This document shows, one piece after another, positions 27,491 to 39,736 of a DNA stretch of 64,000 nucleotides. The stretch covers positions 7,992-71,991 of the forward strand of contig MQRK01234409.1 in NCBI GenBank assembly GCA_001938485.1. The letters run 5' to 3'. Numbering within the stretch: the stretch's first letter is position 1; every line of letters begins with the position of its first letter. The position numbers were made by a program, and so were the translations under genes. The notes under the pieces are model-generated. The model saw only the letters and a program-made list of their open reading frames with translations. It did not search any database and was not told the origin of the DNA. This DNA comes from Girardia tigrina (lineage: Eukaryota).

Positions 27491-28364
27491 AAGAGAAGAG
27501 CTTCTATTTTAACAATATGAACCATTTGAATCCCGGTGTACCTCATGTACACATAAAAGATTTTCTTCTTCACATAGTACACTTAATTTTTTCTAGTGTT
27601 TATTTTTTTAAGTATGTCTTAAATACTAATTCACTGGTAATGTCAAATATTTTTTATTCTTTCTACTAGATATAAATTGAATGCAAATTTTCGAAAAATT
27701 GATATTTTATGAATAAAATATAAATTTTTTTTAAAATTAAAATTCAGGACCCAAAGGATAAAAGGTTTAGTTTTCTGTTTTAAAGAATGGTTTTGATTCA
27801 CACTATGATGGATAGTTCTGTGAATAATTATTGATAAGACAATACAATCCACGAAGTCACTGGAAAGACGGTAAAGTTACTACTAAGTACAGACAAGGCA
27901 AAGAGGAAAGCTTATCAATCGACTAAACCAAACCGGCTTTTGTTGAACTTGAAGGGAGGCATGTACGCATAATCTTAATGCCTAAATCTTAATATCAAAT
28001 AAATATAGTTTAATTTTAAAAATGCAATTATTGGAATTAAATATATTTGTTTAAATAAACAGAATTTCATAAAAATAAACATTTGTTAAAAAGCGTTATT
28101 TAGATTATTTCTTATTATGGATCAAAGTGACTACACTGGTCAAAGTAAGGCTCAATTCGTAGTATTTTTAATTAAAATAAATTAAACAATTTTAATGTCC
28201 AATTAATATCCGATAAAATTCTAAAAAAAATATTTACTGATAAAATCTCTCATTAATTACCATTTTATTATCTTTCACATAAAATTATAATTTCTGACAA
28301 TTGCAAATGATGTTCCGCAACAAGTACTATGATGAATTTCTTAAAAAGCTCAAAAATTAATTGT

Positions 28365-28398
<34 letters not shown>

Positions 28399-28751
28399 AT
28401 TTTATAAATTTATAATTTACAATTTTTAAATTATAAATTTGAAAATAAGTCACATCCTAAAAATAAAAAGAAAATGGGTAAAAGAAAGTGAAATTCCCGG
28501 TCGACGTTGCGTGTTGAGAGTATTTTCTTCTTTCTTTTATTATTAAATTTATATTAAAAATATTTTTTTTCGTACTTTAAGAAGCGAATATGAACGAACG
28601 GAACTGATTCGACTGGGGGAATTACGCAAAATAGATTTAAAATTTTAATTGATTTGAAAATCACATTTTTATAATTAATTACATGCGATGAACTTTAAAT
28701 AGGAACACTAAACAAGACTGATTATATATTTACTTACACTAATAGTATACA

Positions 28752-28867
28752 CCGTATTTTCACGTATATAGCCCGCGGGTCATGGGTGATTTGATCTTGG
28801 TGAGGATCTACTACAAGATCTACAAGGTGAGGACATAATTATGCGGGTTATATGAGTGAAAATGCGG
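28752..28867. mobile_element. pogo/Tc2-type MITE
   Basis: TIRs CCGTATTTTCAC and GTGAAAATGCGG; TA on the right, CA on the left. Confidence 0.7.
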
Positions 28868-29474
28868 TATGAAGTGAAAGTTATTTTAGAGGGTAATTTC
28901 CCTATTTAACAAAGCAGTTGAAATTTTAAGTCTGAGAGTTTGAATGAGATAAAAGTGAATCAACATATGACAATAAATAAAAATAAATAAAAACTATAGT
29001 TTTCAAAATTCCAATATATTTAATTGCATTAGAGTGGTCAGAGAGTATAATGAGCCAAACTATGACTTAAGCCAGGTTTAGAAATTCAACTTCAAAGACT
29101 TGCGGGTTCTTCCAGCATTAGAAGAGCCGATGTTGTTGATTGACGTAGTCCTTTAATTGTAATTAGGCCCCGTCAGTAAACCCGAAGAGACAAATTATTA
29201 GTGAACTGAAATTTTTTCACGCAATCCTAGTCTTTGAGAGACTGTTGGCATTGAATCTCATAAGCCTTAACCGTCAAATCTAACTTATCTATTCATCACG
29301 AACCAGTCACTTATGGTAAATTGCTGTAATGACTTTTTCGTTGATGTTAGTGATTGTAAAACTCATGTGTTTTTATTTATTCTTAAAATACATAATATTT
29401 CAGTTTCCATTTGATGGCCATCTTTGTCCGAAGATGCCATGTTGTAGCTGCAGCTTAGTCGTCATTTTTATTAA

Positions 29475-29661
29475 CACATTGAATGATGAGTACGAGATAT
29501 CTCGTACTTTGGCTTACATTACTAAGACGCTAAGTACGAGATATCTCGTACTCAGCATTCAATGTGTTAAATGCTAAAAAGGCAACAATGTTCGATCATA
29601 TATTTCGATCACAGCGCGCGTAGCAGACGTTCGGTGCATGATGTCAACAGCAGTAAATGTG
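29475..29661. mobile_element. piggyBac-type MITE (CACATTG termini) with an extra inverted end
   Basis: TTAA|CACATTGAATG.. with two GTACGAGATATCTCGTAC palindromes, an internal ..CATTCAATGTG|TTAA at 29566 and an outer ..GCAGTAAATGTG|TTAA at 29661. Same family as 54097-54274. Confidence 0.85.
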
Positions 29662-31132
29662 TTAAAGTAAAAGCTAACAAATCTACATTGAAGTTTGTTC
29701 GAGGAACAAGCCTTCGAGGATAATAGTTATATCACTTTTCCCAAAACCAAACTATAAATGCATAATCGATTATGTAATTACTGTTTCACGTAAAAACTTT
29801 CAATAAAGTTGATGAGTCACTTGATTGGACATTAATGTCTGGATTAACCGCTTTAATTATTAATGACTCACACGAGACTCTTTCCCAATAGTTTTTAAAA
29901 TTGATGCATATAACTTTGAAATTATTTATATCAACAGGTGATTTACAATGTTTTTATAATGCATAATGTTCATATAATTTGTTTAATGTAATATTAAATA
30001 ACAAAAATAATATTTTTTGACTCTAAAATATTTTTTAGAACATTGTTTTTGATAATCAAATTTATTGCAACTACATCTTTGAAATAAGCAAATTGTGATT
30101 TTACCCGGGGATAATATTTTTTTCAGTAACAAAGTCAAATATTAAACGAATGTATTTTAATCCTCTGGGTTTATTTACGCTCAATATTCAGCAAATATCA
30201 AGAAGGATTAAAATAATAACAAAAAGAGAGAAAAAATTATTATGTTGGAAATTAAATGGGCTGCTCATCAAACTGCTCTCCTCTCTCGGAGATTGTTATC
30301 GTCCCTCGGCCTGACATTTACGACTCGCTTTGGATTATCGGATAACGTCGTTGTTCACTGAAAAGAAAACCCATATAAAAGCCAGATTGAATTTCAATAA
30401 AAAGATGTACAATTTCGCAATTTCCGGTTCTTGTTTTCTGAAAAAAATATTTTCATCAAACTCTCATTTCTGTTTGGTGTACCTTAAGTATCTGCCTTGA
30501 TTAATTTTTTTAATAATTTTTATTAATATTATTAAGTTTTTTAGGTCTTATGGAGAACTCCGATGCCTATGGAGGTGTTAGCTTAAGTTTTAAAATCCAT
30601 AAGTAAATTTTACATAGTCTCATTTGTAAAACAGAATACCACAATAAAAAGCTTTTGACGGGGTACACATCCTTTGGACGTCAAATTTTGAAAAAATCAT
30701 TTGAAAGGAATAATGTTAATATTTTGATATTTTACCTTTAAAACTTACTTTTATTAATAAATTTAATTGGATAATTTTGAAAAAGTTGACTGAATATATT
30801 GTTTTCTGTCATTTGTTTACATGCAATAAATAATTAATTTATTGTTTTGGTTTGTCGGAAATAAAAGTAATACAAAAAAGTAAAAAACAATTAAAAGTGA
30901 AAAAAAAATTTAATTTAATTTAAACATATCAATCTTTACAAATACACCTCCATATGTATAATATATAATATATAATTTATGCTAATTAATAAACAAGTTA
31001 TCTGATATTTATAACAATTATGGCCTGTGACATAATTTTATCCGGCCCACAACATAATTACAATTTTAATTTTATATGTCCATATTATTAAGAAACTTAT
31101 TATTTATCTGTGTATTCACTGATTATGCGTTT

Positions 31133-31652
31133 TTAATACCATAATTTATTTATGTTGCCCGTCGGACTATCTTCAAATGCTCCAAATTCAAAGAAACAAA
31201 GTTTGTTTAAATGCAAGCCACATTTCATTGTCATTAAAAGCATCCTGGTGTACGGTCCTTTCTGTTTATTTGGATGCAAATCCTCTATATGTTGTTGATG
31301 TAGAAACCCATGGCGAGTAAGATTTTTGTGGAGCATCTTTTTGTTTTGGTTGAAAATAACTAGTTTGGCTATCCTGACTAACAAAGGCTTCATCAATTGG
31401 TGTCTGGTTATCCTTGGTTGTATGGCTGTCTAGGCTAACCAGGCTAGCCATGGATACTATTGGTTGTCCAACTAGCCTAGGAAGCCTAACTAATCTAGGC
31501 CGCATTACTGGTCTCACTGGTTCGACTAGATTAGGTTGATCAGCATTTATTTCTTCAGTTAATTGGTTAGGTTCATTGATTGTCTTATCATCAATCATCT
31601 TTACTTCAGTTACCTGGTTAAGTTCATTAAATGATTTATACTTCAACTTCAT
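31133..31652 (-). other. Unidentified decayed ORF with short internal repeats
   Basis: 128-aa ORF (RPRLVRLPRLV, SLVSLDS) continuing past a stop as TERTVHQDAFNDNEMWLAFKQTLF; higher GC than its flanks. No family recognised. Confidence 0.35.
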
Positions 31653-31729
31653 TTTAGCAGGAATTTCATTTTCAAAAAATCAGAGTTTGGCTTCTCCTGA
31701 TGGATCTAAGAAAGAAATCGTAGGATCAT

Positions 31730-32335
31730 TAGATATGAATAATATGCCTAAATATTGTTTAATTGTACCTTATTCTGAAGGATTTAAAAACTTTAAAAAT
31801 ACATTGTTAAAAGCAACTAACCATGAATTAAATTTAAAAATTATATCACGATCTCATAAAATTCAAAATATGTTCAGTAATAAATCTATTACACCTTTAA
31901 CACTTTGTTCTGATATTGTTTATGAATATAAATGTAATGGGTGCGATGCCAAATACATTGGAGAGACTGCCCGTCATCTCTGTAAACGAATTCAGGAACA
32001 TGGTCGAAAAGAGAGTAAGAGTAATATTGCAGAACATAGGAAAAAATGTAAATGTGATGTTAATTTTGATANNNNNNNNNNNNNNNNNNNNNNNNNNNNN
32101 NNNNNNNNNNNNNNNNNNNNNNNNNNNNNNNNNNNNNNNNNNNNNNNNNNNNNNNNNNNNNNNNNNNNNNNNNNNNNNNNNNNNNNNNNNNNNNNNNNNN
32201 NNNNNNNNNNNNNAATCGATTACATAATCATCATTTTTGTATTTATATACAGGTGAATTGATTATTAATTAGTGACCTGAAGATGACGGTAGATCCTTCG
32301 AAATATATTGTCTTGAAATATATTTTTAAATGGAT
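31730..32335 (+). mobile_element. Penelope-like element 3' part (GIY-YIG endonuclease)
   Basis: LIVPYSEG..DIVYEYKCNGCDAKYIGETARHLCKRIQEH..IAEH is the PLE GIY-YIG signature; a gap and a hammerhead follow. Confidence 0.92.
32274..32312 (+). ncRNA. Minimal type I hammerhead ribozyme motif with intact core
   Basis: GAC-CTGAAGA-T-GACGG-TAGAT-CCTTC-GAAA-TATA-TT-GTC: CUGANGA and GAAA cores, stem I GAC/GTC, palindromic AATATATT stem III. It lies just 3' of the PLE ORF. Confidence 0.7.
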
Positions 32336-32435
32336 GACTTTGGTTATTATAAGAATATTGTTCTATTTTTTCAAGTTTCTGTTATAAATATTCAATCTTA
32401 AACATGATTCTTTTTCAATTCAAACAAAAGTGTCA

Positions 32436-32470
32436 CTAGGGCATGTGTACCCCTTGCTTCGCTTTGTAAG
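32436..32470 (-). mobile_element. Possible Helitron 3' end
   Basis: Minus strand GCGAAGCAAGGGGTACACATGCCCTAG|T: a degenerate GCGAAGC hairpin followed by CTAG-T. Confidence 0.35.
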
Positions 32471-32929
32471 GCTCATTTCATTTATTATCTATTTATCTAT
32501 CTACATATTTAATATGTATAAATATATATAAAATATTTTATATCTTTTATATTGAAAATCCCTTCAAAATAATTAAATTTCCCTTTCTCGTTAAATATTT
32601 GATTCTTGGAATCTTTTTAATTAACAAAACATTGATAATTAGTTGAAAACGAGAAAATATAATGTTTTAACAGTAATTAAGAATTACCAAGGCTCTAGAT
32701 AATTTAGAGAAGTACGTATATTACTTTACTTTTTCAAAATTTACTCGGGAAAAGGAATATTAAAAAAATATAATGGAAAATTTTGGTAAAAATTTGCAAT
32801 GAGATAAGTTATGAAACGATGTAAACAACCTCTTCAATTAATTATTATAATTATTCTTCGTTTTTTAATACATACATTCGGTTTGTCCAACTGTTTCACA
32901 AATATGATTGAAATTTACGTAAGATTATA

Positions 32930-33113
32930 CCGTGTTTCTTATAATATAAGACACTGTCTTATATTAATTTTGATGGAGAAATTACCAGTAGGTCTTATAC
33001 TAGCATATTTTTGAAATTAGAAATCTTAGAGTTTTGAAATTTTTAAAAATTAGAGTCTCTAAATTTTGGCCAAGGTATTTTACTGGGGATGTCTTATATA
33101 TTGAGAAACACGG
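32930..33113. mobile_element. Tc2/pogo-type MITE
   Basis: TA|CCGTGTTTCTTATAATATAAGAC ... GTCTTATATATTGAGAAACACGG|TA. Another end of this family starts at 61998. Confidence 0.85.
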
Positions 33114-34565
33114 TATGTAACTTGAAGATATGTAATTTCTAACAATTGTACATGGATACATTCTTGTAAGAAATATGAAATTGTAGTGCAAAAATAATAC
33201 CTATTTCATTTTTCTTACCAAGTTGACTTACCAAGCCTCAAACGCTGCGGAAAATCGCACAGTTGATATAGAAAAGTTTAAATTGAATGGCTCGTTGATT
33301 TTTATTATTCATTTAGAACTTGATTGTTTTTATGCAAATGTATAAATTGAAATATCAATTATTTCAAAAATAATCGTTTAGAGTTCAAATGTGTAAATTA
33401 ACACTTCGTTCAGAACGCACAAAATGAAATAGAAAATTGAAATTAAAATAATGGCATTAATTTCAACTACTCGAGCCAATACTCGCCCTAATTGGGTAGC
33501 CATTCAGAGTGAGTTTACAATTTTCTCTCTTTCTAATATTCTGTGGAACACGTACACACCGATCCTGGTTCACGAAAAACACACCACTACCTCAAATTTG
33601 GTAACTAGCAATGACTCGATTAGTCATTGGTTCTTCATTTAAATTTGATGATTATTTACTAAATAATTTTTTAATATTTTTAAATATTTTTTTAATTATT
33701 TTTTTTAACTTTTTCTTTAATAAATTAATTTCAATTATTTTAATTGTTACACTTATTAAATTATCATTTATATGAAAACATAAATGTTGAGTTTGTGAAT
33801 GCTATTTTTTTATTTCTAAATAAGTAATTTTGTTAAATATTTTTATCTTTTATTAATCAATAATATTTTTTTATTTTTTATTATAGCTAATAATAATATT
33901 CGTGATTATTATAAAATTTTTCTGTCTCAAAATTAATCCCATAAACCGCAGACAAATAATCCGAAACTCTCATCTTAATTATGCATTTAATATTACGATT
34001 CCGTCGATGCGTTAATCAACAATTGTTTATATCAATTTATATAAAAATATAAATAAATCTCAGCGGCGAAAGAAAATCAAATTAGAAATGAAACTGAATT
34101 TATTTCATTATAACAAGAAATTAAATGAGTTGTGAAATTCCATTTTAAACAAATGAGTAAACAAAAAAATAATTTTTTCCGATAAAATCAGTTTTTTCCA
34201 ATTATTAAATTGTGAATAAAAGTGTTAATAATATTTCAGAAAAACGATTTTCATTATAAAAATAAAATATTGAAAAATAATTTTTTATAATAAAACAAAT
34301 AGAAAGTTTAATCTTTGCTTTTTGTTTTTATACAATTTACCTTAGATGGCACTAATTGGGGATAGCGTATAGTTGGAAAAAATCGGGACGGTTGTAGCGA
34401 TAAAATGGCAGTGTCAGATTTGATATTTGGAGAATGTGTCCGTGCTGGGGTCATTTCATTTTGGAGATTAAATTTTCACTCATCGAATGGTAAAAGAATC
34501 CTTTTATCTGATCAGTACAATTTGTTAAACAAAATTCAAAAATAGCAGTGATTAATTTTCTTAAT

Positions 34566-35357
34566 CCTTTGAGTCCCGGAGGCTTTTTTTGGCGGCAGCA
34601 GTTGGAAAATTTATTTGCATAGTTTGTAGATAATTAAGGTCAACAAGCTTAGATTCATTTTAAAGCTTAAGGAAAGTATTTTGTTGCGCAATTAAAATTT
34701 TGTTCTTGTTCGCAACAAAGTTGTATTAATTTTAATTTTTCTAAAATTTTTATTTTTGATAAAATCAATAAAATTAATGTTTTTAGGATGTTATGTTTGA
34801 AAACGAAGTAATTGATGATGTTTATGCAGATGATATATCAAACCATGATTTGGATGAAGTAAGGGTCTTAGATGATGATACTGAACCAATGAATGTCCAT
34901 GATAATTTTAAATGGAGTAATTCTAAATTTTCGCCTAAAATTCATCACTTTACTGAAAGATCTAGTTCAAATATTGATTCTAATGATTATCAATCACTCA
35001 ATTATATCCAATATTTCTTTCATTAAGCTCTCATTGATATAATAATAAGTAAAATCAACCGTTATCAAGGTCACCATGCAATTGGGCATCAAAAAATATG
35101 GCAGTTTGAGTTGATGTTGCTGCTACGGAGATCTGGACTTCAGAGATCCTCTGGACTACAGAGATCCTTGACTTGTTTATTTTATTTGTACTGGTTCGAA
35201 CAAATAGCTTCAGAAATTACTGTACACCCAATTCTCTTCTTTTTACACCCGCTTTTAAACAGATCATGCCTCGTAATATGTTCCAAGATATCATGTAAAA
35301 TCTTCATTTTTACAAAAATTCTGAACCAAAAAGTGACAGAATTTGCAACATGAAATA
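34566..35357 (+). mobile_element. piggyBac element, left end and decayed transposase N-terminal half
   Basis: TTAA followed by TCCTTTGAGTCCCGG (degenerate CCC end); acidic N-terminus, LNYIQYFFH*ALIDIIISKINRY, and FRNY..NSLLFTPAFKQIMPRNMFQDIM*NLHF..DR matching piggyBac DDE_Tnp_1_7 motifs. Interrupted by a mariner. Confidence 0.8.
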
Positions 35358-36680
35358 TTAGGTTGGTCGAAAAATAATGGCGGTTTTTGAGCTTTATACT
35401 TTGTTTATCTACTTTGATATGTATATAAGTTTAAATGCATTAGTGTTAGATATTATTTGAAATCTTATNNNNNNNNNNNNNNNNNNNNNNNNNNNNNNNN
35501 NNNNNNNNNNNNNNNNNNNNNNNNNNNNNNNNNNNNNNNNNNNNNNNNNNNNNNNNNNNNNNNNNNNNNNNNNNNNNNNNNNNNNNNNNNNNNNNNNNNN
35601 NNNNNNNNNNNNNNNNNNNNNNNNNNNNNNNNNNNNNNNNNNNNNNNNNNNNNNNNNNNNNNNNNNNNNNNNNNNNNNNNNNNNNNNNNNNNNNNNNNNN
35701 NNNNNNNNNNNNNNNNNNNNNNNNNNNNNNNNNNNNNNNNNNNNNNNNNNNNNNNNNNNNNNNNNNNNNNNNNNNNNNNNNNNNNNNNNNNNNNNNNNNN
35801 NNNNNNNNNNNNNNNNNNNNNNNNNNNNNNNNNNNNNNNNNNNNNNNNNNNNNNNNNNNNNNNNNNNNNNNNNNNNNNNNNNNNNNNNNNNNNNNNNNNN
35901 NNNNNNNNNNNNNNNNNNNNNNNNNNNNAAATGGGTTCCACATGATTTGAATGAAAATCAAAAGAACCGACGCTATGAAATTTGGTCTGCCAATCATCTT
36001 CGCAATAAAAACGATCCATTTCTTGATCGTATTGTTACCTGTGATGAAAAATGGATTCTGTATGATAACCGACGTCGATCTGCACAGTAGTTGGACAAAG
36101 ATGAAACACTTTCCAAAACCGAAACTAACACCCCGTAAGGTTATGGTGACAGTTTGGTGGTGTGATGCTGGAATCATCCACTATAGTTTCTTGAATCTAG
36201 GTGAAACAATCACAGCGCAGGGGTACTGTCATGAAATTGATGAAATGCATAAAAAATTGAAAACCCTTTGCCCGGGATTGGTCAATCGAAAAAGTCCCAT
36301 CCTTCTTTATGATAACGCTAGACCTCATATTTCAAAAGTGACTCTTCAAAAGCTTAATGAGTTGGGCTATGAAACCCTGCTTCATCCACCATATTCACCA
36401 GACCTCTCGCCAACGGACTTCTACTTTTTCAGGTATTTGTACAACTTCCTACGTGAAAAAATTTTCAAAAACCAAAATGATGCTCAAAATGCCTTCCATT
36501 AATTCGTCGCTTCGAGAACCGATCCATTTTATGCTGATGAAATAAAACAACTTGTTTCTCGTTTGCAAAATGTATTGAAGCCAACGGTTCATACATTGAT
36601 TAATAAACTTTTGTTTCTGTGAATTTGCTCGTCTTTGAAGTTTGTGTCCCATAACTGCCATTATTTTTCGACCAACTTAA
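35358..36680 (+). mobile_element. Full-length mariner, cecropia-subfamily-like, inactivated
   Basis: TA|TTAGGTTGGTCGAAAAATAATGGC ... GCCATTATTTTTCGACCAACTTAA|TA. Protein WVPHDLNENQKNRRYE, FLDRIVTCDEKWILYDN, KVMVTVWW, YDNARPH, YSPDLSPTDF; stops and a frameshift. Confidence 0.95.
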
Positions 36681-36768
36681 TATGTGATAAATTTTCTTTG
36701 AAATATTCCTTTCCTGAGTAGGGGGAAAATGGGCATTCTCCACACAAGAACCCCCAGGGGGATTACCT

Positions 36769-36894
36769 GTTACCATGGCAACGGTCGCGGATACCATGGC
36801 AATGGTTCCGGTTACCATAACAACGGTTTTGATCACCTTAGTAACAGTCACGATCACCCTATCAACGGTTCAGGTTAACTTGGTCACGCTTCTG
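36769..36894 (+). repeat. Six degenerate 21-bp tandem units, each built on an X-box-like palindrome
   Basis: GTTACCATGGCAACGGTCGCG / GATACCATGGCAATGGTTCCG / GTTACCATAACAACGGTTTTG / ATCACCTTAGTAACAGTCACG / ATCACCCTATCAACGGTTCAG / GTTAACTTGGTCACGCTTCTG. Confidence 0.9.
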
Positions 36895-37037
36895 ATTGGT
36901 TCTTAGGTCCCTAGTCTAGGCAGCAACGGTCGCGATTGGTCCCTTATACCATAGAAACGTTCCTCATTGGTTCCAGGTTCCTTAGCAAAGGTTTCCGTTT
37001 CCAAATTTACTTGATTTTTTAATTTTTTAAAATTTTA

Positions 37038-37109
37038 GTTTCCGAGACTTAATTGTCCAGACTTAATTTTCCGAGATTGAATTTTCCGAGACTTAAATGT
37101 CGTGCCCTC
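37038..37109. mobile_element. Mutator-like terminus with about 15-bp subterminal repeats
   Basis: Four TTTCCGAGACTTAAT-like units ending AAATGTCGTGCCCTC. Confidence 0.55.
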
Positions 37110-37329
37110 GTTAAAAAGTGCATTATTGGCCACTCACTCCAAATAGTTATTAAAACAATATCAAAGCCTTTTAAAATTATTTATGTTTATATTTGTGATC
37201 AAATCACAAACCTTAGTGTGTTCTGCAATGTATTACTCTCACCAAAATTACAACTATGTTCTTGGATTCTCCTGCAGAGATGACGGGACGCCTTTCTAAT
37301 TTATGTGATATTACACCCAATACATGTAA

Positions 37330-37760
37330 ATTGATTTACGAGATCCGAACATATATCAGATGGGTTTGGGGATTTATTACAAAATACATTTTGGATTTTT
37401 ATGTATGTTTGCGCTATTTACAACTCCAAACAGCTTTTGTGAATCTCGATACAAGCATTAAAAGGTTCATTTTTCATGATCATTATCATCATTTTATACA
37501 ACAAGTTGTGACAGCATTAACCAGTGAACCAAATTAAGGAATAATAAGGATTACTAAAAATCAATTGTTGAGAAATCGACCAAAGAAACAATTGATAACT
37601 AAATAAATAAACCGATTAAAAAGGATAAAGAAGAACCACAAATTTTAAAATACATTTTAACTATTCCATATTCTAAAGGATTTTTTCGACAGAAACGTTC
37701 AATTTTAACACGTGTAAATAATGTCTTTAATTTGAAAAGAATATCACAAACATATGATTA
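37330..37760 (+). mobile_element. Highly decayed Penelope-like fragment (RT thumb/linker)
   Basis: ILTIPYSKGF..NNVFNLKRISQT resembles LIVPYSEGF..HELNLKIISRS of ORF 31576. Confidence 0.45.
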
Positions 37761-39736
37761 TCAAAAAAATTAAAAACATATTTTAAAAACTGTTTTAATT
37801 TTTTGATTTAATTTATTTTTATTTAGTTTAATACATATTTTATAGCAATAAGGTAGTTAACCATTTTTAAATTTTGTTTTCAAATTTTCGATTTTGAATT
37901 CAATGCAAAACCTAAAACTCAATTCACCTTTTAAAAAAATTTATTATTATTTCCAATTACAAATTATTACAATTGATGCTGTTAAACAATACTGCAATTT
38001 TTTTCAATATATATATATATATATATATTAGAGAAAAATTTAGAATTTATTCAATAATAAGTTTTAACTTTTTTTATGATTTATCAAATTTCAAAACAAA
38101 ATGTCAGTTAATGATAAAAACTAAAATTTTTATACACACAAATGTTTATAATTAATTGATTAATTAATTTGAATCTTCCAAAAGGCAATAAATATTATTA
38201 GCGATTTTCATTCAACAAAATATAACAGTAAAAATGTTCATTTGAATCGTCTTTGTCCAAGGAGAGAGATTGATTTTAAATAAATATAACGATCGAAAAT
38301 TTTAATTTAAATTCCGAAACAATTGAGTACAACCTTTTCATACAAACTTAAATATTTAATGAATTATATCCTACTTCAACATGATATACACGGAAGTATC
38401 TTTTATGTTAATTATTTTCATGATCCTTAATATTAATTGTGATTATATTATTATTACTAATTATTAATTTCAACACTTTTTATTAAAATCACAATTTAAA
38501 TTATCTGAACAAAACTTTCATCAGTTTATGTCAAGCTAAAGTATTAAGATCTGAGAACGGATTGTTTTCAAATAATTATTCGAACAAAGATTTCCATTTA
38601 ACAAAATTAAAATAATTATAATGATTTTTTTATTCTTAAAATTATTTCAATGATTTTCATTTTAAAAACGTTGTTTAAATCAGTTTTAAAAGTTTAAAAT
38701 GAATTTTTTTTACATTTACAAAATTGATAATAATTATAATTTGTTAGGAATTGAAAATTGTATTTATTTCAATTTTTGTTAATGAAATTCTATTTGGAAT
38801 CAATTTAAATGTTTTGTTCTGATTTTAAAGAAAAATTGTAATCAAAAGACAACAATTTATCAATATGCACGATTCTGGAATGTATTTGAAATGTTTTTAT
38901 ACATTTTATATATCTATATTAAATTATATATCTATATTAATATGTTTTTAGGAAAATTATTTCGGAGTACTCGAAGTCGTAAATTTCGTATCAAATAAAG
39001 TTTATTCAGATTATCTTTAAAAATGTTAAATAAAAAAATTTCGAAAAACGATTTTGACTACTTATAATTCTAGACAAAATTGTTGAATATCGAGCTGATT
39101 TCTCGCCACCGTCGCTTGTGTGACTTCCGTTTTCGATTGAGAGGCAATCAGAAATTTGAGAGGGCACTGGCGAATGGAGTAGTAGCAAAGTTAGTGAGAG
39201 CTCTCGCGGACTGACTGTCGATTATCTGATGGTCTCTCTAGATTTATGAGATAGGACACAAATTAATCGCTTCCTTAATGATTATAACAATACGATAGAT
39301 TTAAATCAATTGATTGTCTTTTGTAGTATTTTTTTATTTTTTTGTATTTTTTTAGTATTTTTGTATATTTTTAATTAAAGTGGAAGTAAAGTCAGCGAAA
39401 ATTCTAATTTAAATAAGTGATCCATTCAAAATTTTTGAGAAATTGAAAGACAACACAATCGACTAAGTTCGGCGATAAATATAGGTAGGATAATGTGAAA
39501 TCGATTTATGGAACCCCAAGGATTCCAATCTGAACCGTTAACGGGAAAAATGACGGAGTTGAGTCAACTGACGGTTTTGATTGATCAGTGCTGGGGTTTA
39601 TATTCTGCAACCGAGAAAGTCAGTTGCTGATTAATACCAGAAAATTGATTTTTCGATATTTCTATCTATAAGAAGGTGCCTGGTCTTAGGGATCCCAATT
39701 AAATCATTATTATGATAATTTATTATTTAATAATTA

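Noticed and set aside
35446-36177. Long ORFs containing X runs (also 10412, 20894-21355, 31916)
   Set aside because: Their length comes from N gaps, and several are antisense shadows of transposases.
36769-36894. CRISPR-like or coding interpretation of the 21-bp array
   Set aside because: Units are contiguous with no unique spacers and the context is eukaryotic; ORF 36600-36857 is a by-product of the 21-bp period.
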